DNA of 45,281 nucleotides, taken from NCBI GenBank assembly GCA_964200075.2, contig CAXNAA020000005.1:1-45281 (forward strand). The letters run 5' to 3'. Made by a program: the position numbers and the translations under genes. Numbering within the stretch: position 1 is the first letter of the stretch; every line of letters begins with the position of its first letter. Shown here piece after piece: positions 37,544-45,281 of the stretch. The DNA comes from Sphacelaria rigidula (Eukaryota). The notes beneath the pieces are model-generated. The model searched no databases. It was given only the letters and a program-made list of their open reading frames with translations, and was not told where the DNA came from.

Positions 37544-38841
37544 TGGACCGTCAGAGTTACAGCCGCCGTTTACTGGAGCTTAATTTTGATGCCTTAGCAT
37601 CTCTACGTAACCTTACAGCACCGGGCAGGTGTCAGTCTTTATACATCTTTTCTCAAATTAGCAAAGACCTGTGTTTTTGTTAAACAGTTGTTTCTCCCTC
37701 TTTAGTGCCAACGTATATAGGTTTCCCTTAATACGTCACTCCTTCTTCCGAAGTTACAGAGCAAATTTGCCGAGTTCCTTCAACATACTTATCTTGAACG
37801 CCTTAGTATATTCTACCCATCTACCTGTGTCGGTTTAAGGTACGGTCGTTTATTTTAATGCTATTTCCAGAAAACAATAGAATACTGTAATAAATCGTTA
37901 AATTACTAATATTTTTTTCATTTTGTCACATTAAAAAATCCCATCAACTTATACTTTTGTAATTTGTCTTAGGGACCGGTTAAACTTTTTTCGTCATCAT
38001 TAAATGTAGTAACGAAAACCTTAGATTTACGGCGACAGTGATTAAACACTGTTTCATGCTACTAATGCCAGTATACTCTCTTCGGATATCTTCAATGCTT
38101 TTTACAAAACATCTTCTAACGACCTACCGAATGTTCTGCTACCAAAATATCTACTGATTCGGTTGTAGGTTTAGCCTCTATACATTTTCGAAGCAAAAAG
38201 ACTAGATTAATGAGCTGTTACGCTTTCTCAAAAAGATGGCTGCTTCCAAGCCTACTTTATAATTGTCAAAATCTTTAAACATTCTTATCACTTAACCTAC
38301 AATTGAAGACCTTATCAAATAGTCTGGGCTGTTTCCCTCTTGACAAGAGACCTTCGCACCTATTGTCTGACTCCACAAAATACTAGAGCATATTCGAAGT
38401 TTTTCAAAACTTAGTAAGATCCGAGATCCCCCTTGCTTCAAAAGTGCTCTACCCTACTCTAGCTACAATTTGCAGGCTATACTAAAATATATTTCGCAGA
38501 AAACCAGCTATACCTGAGTTTGATTAGCCTTTCACTCCTAACCACAAATCATCCCAGTATTTTTCTACAGACACGGGTTCGGTCCTCCAAAACGTGTTTC
38601 CACAATTTTTTCAACCTGTTCATGGTTAGATCACTCAGCTTCGGGTCTTTTATTTACGACTTTAAATATTTCTTGATTCGAAATCAATTTTTTTGCGCAT
38701 ACTAATTTTAATTAAACTTGCCGTAAATAAAAAATCACTGGCCCATTATGCAAAAGGTACACTGTAACTTTTACCTTTCGGAAAGCGCCAATTGATTGGA
38801 GGCGTTATATTTTAGATTCTTATACACTCTAAAAAAGTTCT

Positions 38842-38879
<38 letters not shown>

Positions 38880-39235
38880 TATTAAAAATTTATAGGCTTG
38901 AGGGTAGATCCTCAATTATTAACAAATTTAACATAATCCGTTATTTATATTCTTAATTTCATTGTTATCTACGGGACTTTTCCCCTTTATAGTTTTCTTC
39001 AATTACAATTACATTAAAAAGCCATTCTCATTTTCGCTCGCCACTACTCACGAGTTCTCGGTTGATTTCTTTCTTTAGTTACTAAAATGTTTTACTTCAC
39101 TAAATTTCTTATTTTCACAAAATGAATTTCTTCTTAAGTTATTAGATTTCAACATATCTTCAAATCTACTTATTGCAATACACAACTCTTTTTTTTAATA
39201 CCTAGGCAGCCCTATAACGCCCTTCAAAAAATTAC
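36640..39235 (-). rRNA. rnl: Large subunit rRNA
   Basis: CTGGGTTCAGAACGTCGTGAGACAG, GGGATAACAGGCT, AGTACCGTGAGGGAAAGG, sarcin-ricin CTAGTACGAGAGG; no intron evident; ends approximate. Confidence 0.98.
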
Positions 39236-39345
39236 CATTAAAATTATGATAATAAAACAAACTTTTATTTGTTTTTATAACTACGTTTCCCGATTTCTCA
39301 GTATCTAGTAACCCTTTAAATAGATAACAATTGAATGCTTTTATG
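39236..39345 (-). rRNA. Candidate divergent or permuted 5S rRNA
   Basis: TAGATACTGAGAAATCGGGAAACGTAG resembles 5S domain gamma, followed by a closed AAAACAAA/TTTGTTTT hairpin. Confidence 0.5.
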
Positions 39346-39470
39346 TTTTCCTGTAACTCTTAAAGGAGAATTGTGATCCTCATCTAATAAAAGATGGGGA
39401 CCAGGATAAAACCATTTTTACATAGTTTTTCGTTTCAAAAAAAATTTCTCTTTAAAAAAAGAAAAAATAA

Positions 39471-40247
39471 TTAATGAAGATTAATAGAATCATTTAAATA
39501 GATACAAATTAATATACTAAAAACAAATGATTGAATTAATGCTACTCCTAATTCTAATCCAAATAAAGGAATTAAAATTAATAACGGTACATAATGTAAT
39601 AGAAATAATATTCCACTTTTTCCCATTAAAGTAAATGCAAATCCTGCAATAACTTTTAATAAGGTATGTCCTGCCATCATATTAGCGAATAGACGAATTG
39701 ATAAACTAATAGGTTTAAAAATATAAGAAATAAGCTCAATAGGTACTAGTAAAAATGCTAATACAACTGAAGTACCTGAAGGTAAAAACAGTGAAAAAAA
39801 ATGCATTCCATGAGTTCTAATACAAATAATGTTAATTCCTATAAATAAAGCTAAACTTAAACTTAAAGTCACAATTAAATGACTAGTTAATGTAAAACTA
39901 TATGGGATTAATCCAATTAAATTTAATGATAATAATAAAATAAATATCGAGAAAACTAATGGAAAAAAATATTGACTTTTTTTATCTTTAATATTTTCAG
40001 TAACTAATGATAAAATCATTTTATAAATAATCTCAAGCACTGCTTGTCAACGATTAGGTACAATAAAAAATGAACTATCATTTTCTTTAGTTAAACCAAA
40101 AAAAAATAATGAAGAAAGAAAAGCAATTAATAATAATATAATGGTTTCATTAGTTAAACTTAAATCTACGAAACCAAAATAAAATGAAAAAATAGGCAAT
40201 ACTTGAAATTGCTCTAATGGACTTGTAAATATTGTATTTAAATTCAT
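39471..40247 (-). CDS. atp6: ATP synthase subunit 6 (a)
   Basis: SPLEQF, PNRWQ, SLSIRLFANMMAGH. Confidence 0.98.
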
Positions 40248-40275
40248 AAGTTAATATTCTTTTTTTTTGTTCTAA

Positions 40276-41079
40276 TTAAGAACCTCATCAGTAAACTGTG
40301 ATAAATAAAAAAATTCACACAACATCAACAAAATGTCAATATCATGCTGCTGCTTCAAAACCAATATGATGTTCTCTGGTAAAATGATTTAGATATAATC
40401 TAAAAAAACATACGATTAAGAAAATTGTTCCTACAATAACATGAAATCCATGGAATCCAGTTGCCATATAAAAACAAGAACCATAAATACCGTCTGAAAT
40501 ACTAAATGGTGCAGTAACGTACTCAAATCCTTGAATTGCGGTAAATATTAATGCTAATACTACGGTTGCAATTAATCCTAAAGAAGCTTGGTATTTAGAA
40601 CCTAAAACGATTGAGTGATGTGCTCAAGTTACAGCTGCTCCTGAAGTTAATAATAAACAAGTATTTAATAATGGAAGTTGTCACGGATTTATTGGTGTAA
40701 TAAATGCAGGTGGTCAAACTCCTCCAATTGCGATACTTGGATTAAGACTTGAATGAAAAAATGCTCAGAAAAATGCAAAAAAAAACATAATTTCTGAAAC
40801 AATAAATAGGATTACTCCCATTCTTAAACCAGCTTGTACTGATTTAGTATGTTGACCTTCGAATGTTCCTTCTCTAATAATATCTCGTCATCAACAAAAC
40901 ATCATAAATAAGATCATACAAAATCCAAATGATAATAAAAAACCTCCTCCTGTGTAACCATGCATATAAGCTGCGGCACCAACGGTTAACATTAGTGCTG
41001 AAAAAGCTGAAATAATTGGTCATGGACTAGGATCTACTAAGTGAAAACTATGTTTTTGGTTATTTCTTTTTTGTAACAT
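40276..41079 (-). CDS. cox3: Cytochrome c oxidase subunit 3
   Basis: [29 protein letters not shown]. Confidence 0.98.
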
Positions 41080-41102
41080 AAATTTGTTTTGTATTTTTTA
41101 TA

Positions 41103-41175
41103 TAGGCCTAAGTAGATTTGAACTACTGACTTTACGCTTATCAGGCGTATACTCTAACCCCTGAGTTATAAGCCT
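41103..41175 (-). tRNA. trnI: tRNA-Ile(GAU)
   Basis: Loop CTGATAA. Confidence 0.95.
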
Positions 41176-41297
41176 TCGTTTACTTTTCTATAGAACCTAT
41201 TTATTTTTTTAATATAAAAACGCTTTTTAAAGCTTGATTGGCCAGTTTTATTAAAAATGACTTCTCTTTTTTGAATAATAGTTATTTTTTTAGTCAT
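41166..41297 (-). CDS. Small basic ORF43, possibly L31-like
   Basis: MTKKITIIQKREVIFNKTGQSSFKKRFY fills the rps7-trnI gap; its stop lies inside trnI. Confidence 0.35.
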   Translation of the reverse strand: MTKKITIIQKREVIFNKTGQSSFKKRFYIKKINRFYRKVNEGL

Positions 41298-41308
41298 ATT
41301 TTATTTTT

Positions 41309-41899
41309 TTATCATCTAAAGTGACTATTTGATCTATTTTCAAGTACCTCTTTTCTTATCTCTTTCCTTTTAGCAAGTGATAATGATTTTTTTGGATCAT
41401 ATAAAATATTTCACATCTCATTTAATAGCTTTTCTGAAAAATTAGTCTGTTTTTTATCTTCTTTTGCTCCAGCTAATATTCATTTAACTTTTAAAAAATG
41501 TTGACGTCTAGCTTTTACCGGAAATGGAATTAGATTTACTGTCTTTTTCTTCTTTTTACCTCAAGGAACTCTTTTTATTTCAACTCCATTATCTAATTTT
41601 GAAAAAGCTGCATTGAATAGGCTATATCCTCCTGTTGTTGCTTTTTTACTTTTTTTTAGGTCTTTAGATTGTTGTTTTTTTGAAACTTTTTTTACTTTTT
41701 TCCTTGGTCTAACTAAACTTACTTCACCTTCAGTAGTTTTTTCAACATAAACTCTTTGCTTTTCAGCAGTTTTGGCTGTTCTTTTTTTAGTTAATTTGAA
41801 AAGAGTTTCGGTTAGAATATTTCTAGCTGCTGTTTTATTTCCTTTTTTAATTAAGCTTCCTAAAAATCTAGTATAATTATTTTTACGTATTTTTTGCAT
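41309..41899 (-). CDS. rps7: Ribosomal protein S7
   Basis: FLGSLIKKGNKTAA...KWIL...LLNEMW...ENRSNSHFRW. Confidence 0.92.
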
Positions 41900-42053
41900 A
41901 TGGTTAAAAATAGAATTTTTTTCTTTTGAAAAAGAAAGTTTTTTACTCTTTATATAACTCTATTTGTAATTACATTTGTCAAATTTGCTCGTAAAATCGA
42001 GGTTTTTTCTTTTTTATTTACTTTTAATAAAAAAAAGAATTCTATTTATTTTA

Positions 42054-42138
42054 AGGATAAAAAGGGATTCGAACCCTTGGTACTTTTACATACACTAGTT
42101 TTCAAGACTAGAGCCTTAAACCACTCAGCCATTCATCC
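42054..42138 (-). tRNA. trnS: tRNA-Ser(UGA)
   Basis: Loop CTTGAAA, long variable arm. Confidence 0.95.
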
Positions 42139-42157
42139 TTACTTTTTTATTTTTATA

Positions 42158-42229
42158 TAAACAACAGTGGATTCGAACCACTAACTCCCTCGTTGTAAGC
42201 GAGATGCTCTACCATTGAACTAGTCATTT
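42158..42229 (-). tRNA. trnV: tRNA-Val(UAC)
   Basis: Loop CTTACAA; overlaps the nad6 stop by 2 nt. Confidence 0.9.
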
Positions 42230-42893
42230 AACTTTTATTTTTAAAAAAAGAAAGTGTATTATCGGTTCTTGCTAATTGTCTACTTACCATTTGACTTGTT
42301 TCACCGTTATTAAATCTTAAAGTTAAAACAATTGATCCAACTAATGCAATTAATAATATAATTCCGGCTAATAGAAATGCTACTAAATAATAATTAAACA
42401 ATACTTGTCCAAGTACATCAATATTATTTAAATTATCATATAATAAAATAAAGTCATTTCTTTTTTCAATAAGATCGGCATAACTATTAACAAATGCCAA
42501 TTTTTCTGGAAGAACAAAGAAACCAATATAACTTACACAAAGAAATAGAAAGATTTTAGAACTTAAGATAAATACTCTTTTACCAAAAGATACACGATCT
42601 TCTCTAATCTTTTTTTGATTAAGCATCATTATTACGAATAAAAATAATACTGCGATTGCTCCTACATAAATTATTATAAAAATTAATCCTAAAAATTCTG
42701 CATGAAATACAAATAACATTACAGCTGCATGACAAAATACTAGAATTAAATATAATACTGATACGATCGGATTAACTGAAATACACATATAAATTGCACA
42801 TAACACAACTCCAGCACATAAAAAAAAATGTAAAGTTGAAACTGTTAGCACATTATTTGATATTGTATTAATTATATCAAAAAAAAATGTCAT
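42228..42893 (-). CDS. nad6: NADH dehydrogenase subunit 6
   Basis: NPIVSVLYLIL, IYVGAIAVLFLFVIMML; ATG at 42893 (the upstream ORF-track extension runs through trnP). Confidence 0.96.
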   Translation of the reverse strand: MTFFFDIINTISNNVLTVSTLHFFLCAGVVLCAIYMCISVNPIVSVLYLILVFCHAAVMLFVFHAEFLGLIFIIIYVGAIAVLFLFVIMMLNQKKIREDRVSFGKRVFILSSKIFLFLCVSYIGFFVLPEKLAFVNSYADLIEKRNDFILLYDNLNNIDVLGQVLFNYYLVAFLLAGIILLIALVGSIVLTLRFNNGETSQMVSRQLARTDNTLSFFKNKS

Positions 42894-42919
42894 ATTTAAT
42901 AAGCAATTAAAAATTATTA

Positions 42920-42993
42920 TCGGAATAATGTGACTTGAACACATGACCCCCTGTTCCCAAAACAGATGCGCTACCAAACTACGCTATATCCCG
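42920..42993 (-). tRNA. trnP: tRNA-Pro(UGG)
   Basis: Loop TTTGGGA, CGG acceptor start. Confidence 0.95.
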
Positions 42994-42997
42994 AAAT

Positions 42998-43038
42998 TAT
43001 ATAAAGAAGAAAAAGATTTTACTTTTCTTCTTTATATA
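42998..43038. other. 16-bp-stem AT-rich hairpin between trnL and trnP
   Basis: TATATAAAGAAGAAAA ... TTTTCTTCTTTATATA. Confidence 0.5.
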
Positions 43039-43137
43039 CTTCGATTTGTAACTTTTTTATTAAAAAACAATTATAACTTCTGATAAAACAGGTTTTTATT
43101 TTTTATTTTAATACTTTTAAACTTTAATTTTTAATAT

Positions 43138-43213
43138 TGTCGAAGAGGGGACTCGAACCCCTATGGTTACTAGTTTCTAAGACTAGCGTGTCTACCAATT
43201 TCACCACCTCGAC
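43138..43213 (-). tRNA. trnL: tRNA-Leu(UAG) with short variable region
   Basis: Loop CTTAGAA; only 7 nt (TAACCAT) between anticodon and T stems. Confidence 0.9.
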
Positions 43214-43544
43214 GAAAAATAAAGAAATTTTTCTTTTTATAATAAGATTTATAAAAATTTTAGCTTTTTATTAAGGATAATCCAGCATATTGTATTTTTA
43301 TATATGAAAACAGTTTTGATTACACAAGAAATTACATTAAGATTAAAACAAAAAGAACAAAAAGATATAAAATCAATCCTTTATTAGTTAATTGAATGCT
43401 AATATTATATTCTAACTATACTTGTAACAAAATACTGAATTGAATAATACAAGTATAAAATAAACTTATTACATTATACTCGGATATACCGCTGTTTTTT
43501 AAATATTAAATTAATTTTTATATCTGCTTAAAAATAACTACAAT

Positions 43545-43722
43545 TTTACAGCAATCTACTGTGGCTTTTTTAAAAGTTTAAAAATTTAGCTTTTTTTTCA
43601 TTTTTTTTAATCTTTTTTAAAAAGCAGCAATCTAATGCGGTTTTTTAAAAGTACGAAGCAACGGTAGATTGCTGCTTTTGGACCCTTTGCATTTTGGGTA
43701 AGGTACCCCCCCTTGGTGAAAA
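43545..43722. repeat. Dispersed element copy 7
   Basis: GCAATCTA 43551 and 43627, TAGATTGC 43665, AAGG-TACCCCC-CCTTGGTGAA 43700-43720. Confidence 0.85.
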
Positions 43723-43794
43723 ATTTAAGATGTTTTTATAGCCTAAAAAAAATCACTAAAAAAAAGCAAAAATAAGCGTTTATTGCCAAGAAAT

Positions 43795-44280
43795 AAAAAA
43801 AGCAATTACAAATTTAATTAGATAAAGAATAAAATCTTAAAAAGCAAGCTTTGAATAAAATCAATTTTACATTTTATATAGATCAATCCTGATAAAATAG
43901 AAAACTGATTACAAATCAAAGTACATAAAGAAGAAAATGATATTAAAATTTATATAAATTTTCGATTAAAAATACGAAACAACGGATTATCTGCTGTTTT
44001 ATTAAATTTTAATTACAAATAGAGTTTATATAAAGAATGAAACCTTTCTTTTCAATATATTTGTTTGTTAAAAACTCTTTTATTAAGGGTAATTGCTAGA
44101 ATATCAAAAAAGCAATTACAAATAGAGTTATATAAAGAATAAAACCCTTTTAAAAAAGAGTAAAATCTTTTGAAAAAGAACTTTAAATAGTATTAAATTT
44201 ACGTTTTATATGGATTAATCCGGATAAAGTGAAAATTTGATTACGAATCAAGTTATATAATGAAGAAGATGATTATAATA
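43795..44280 (+). repeat. Degenerate ~150-bp direct repeats in the non-coding region
   Basis: AAAAAAGCAATTACAAAT at ~43796 and ~44106 with colinear similarity downstream; partial copy at 44011. Confidence 0.7.
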
Positions 44281-44329
44281 TTGTCTTTTTAAATCTTTAA
44301 AGTTAAAAATATTTTTCTGCATTTTTACA

Positions 44330-45281
44330 GAGTAAGAGCAAAGCAAGAGCAAAGCAATAGTCTTCGAGCAATGAAAGATGAGATAGTACAGGATAGTAAT
44401 GGAATAATGTGATTTGAATAGCGAGAAGACTTAGAACGTAGACTATACTACAAACTTATGGGCAACCACGAGGGAGAGTAACTTGGAATAGACTAGAACT
44501 GAAATGGAGGACTAGCAAACATGGAATTGAAGAATGAAATGGAATGTTGATAGGCATACATGTAAGGTATAGGCCATGGAAAGTGTAACGACTGATATGT
44601 AGCGAGTAGATCTGTAGACGTAACCGTAGTGTAACGGAGTTGTAGACGGAGACGTAGTATTCACTACGTACGAACGTGTAGTATGAACATAGTCTGAACG
44701 TAGTATGAACGTAAGTATGAAGCCTATATGAGGCGAAGGATGAATGAGAGGCGGCGATGAACTGAGTCTGAAACTATTAGACGAAGGATGAATGCGAAGC
44801 GAGGTGTAACGAGAGTCTGAGACTAGACGGTGGAGACGAGACTGGGAATCGGAGTGTAACGGAGAGGGACAGGGAGATGCAACCAATAGGCGAAAGAAGG
44901 AGTGAAAACGAAGATGAGAATGAAGACAAAGGCTAATAGATGAAGAGGAAGTGAAAGCGAAGGCGAACATGAAGACTGAGACGAATAGGCGAATACGGAG
45001 AGAATACGAAGTGAATACGAAGTGAGTACGTAGTGAATACGGAGACGGAGTCGAAAACGTAGTGTAACGGAGGTGTAGACGAAAGAGATACGTAATACTA
45101 TTACGAAGTATATGAATAATAGAAAGGTAAGAGAGTAAACATAGCACGTAGTGAACGTAGTGAGAACGAACGAAGTGAATGAAGGGATAGGTTTAGGAAC
45201 GGTAATTGAATATTATATGTGTGTAACATAGAATAATAGAAAGGTAAGAGAGTAAACATAGCACGTAGTGAACGTAGTGAG
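44330..45281 (+). repeat. Purine-skewed, GC-elevated microrepeat region ending in a 117-bp-period repeat
   Basis: GTGTAACGGAG x3, GTAGTATGAAC x2, several GAATACG; a 51-mer at 45114-45164 and 45231-45281. Confidence 0.8.

Noticed and set aside
30563-38705. ORFs at 30563, 36878, 37398, 37468 and 38520, and 20375-20653
   Set aside because: They lie within rRNA or tRNA genes.
44512-45147. 211-aa minus-strand ORF
   Set aside because: Low-complexity Ser/Leu/Arg/His/Phe product with a TTG start; it is open because the pyrimidine-rich strand of the repeat tract has few stops.
44330-45281. Possible CRISPR-like array
   Set aside because: Repeat words are short and irregularly spaced, there is no constant repeat-spacer period, and no cas genes are present.

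Overview
An apparently complete, intron-free, AT-rich mitochondrial genome of a stramenopile. It looks ochrophyte-like (no atp1, no trnT, unsplit nad11, rps8-rpl6-rps2-rps4 block), but the exact lineage cannot be fixed from sequence alone. The first and last 127 nt are identical, so the contig maps as a circle. TGA is read as Trp (trnW-UCA present), so many supplied ORFs are fragments; I re-joined them by hand. Content: nad1-7, 4L, 9, 11, cob, cox1-3, atp6/8/9, 16 recognisable ribosomal protein genes, rns, rnl and 23 tRNAs. Unusual features: (1) seven AAGG-N6/7-CCTT sites with companion GCAAT(C/T)(T/A)A boxes that resemble site-specific recombination sites, four of them forming a same-orientation array that brackets an orphan ORF like a cassette; (2) two, possibly three, paralogous orphan membrane-protein ORFs; (3) tRNA-like t-elements behind several genes, including the orphans; (4) a probable divergent rps1; (5) a candidate permuted 5S rRNA; (6) a purine-skewed repeat region ending in a probably collapsed 117-bp tandem array. 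Coordinates were counted by hand; RNA ends may be off by a few nt.
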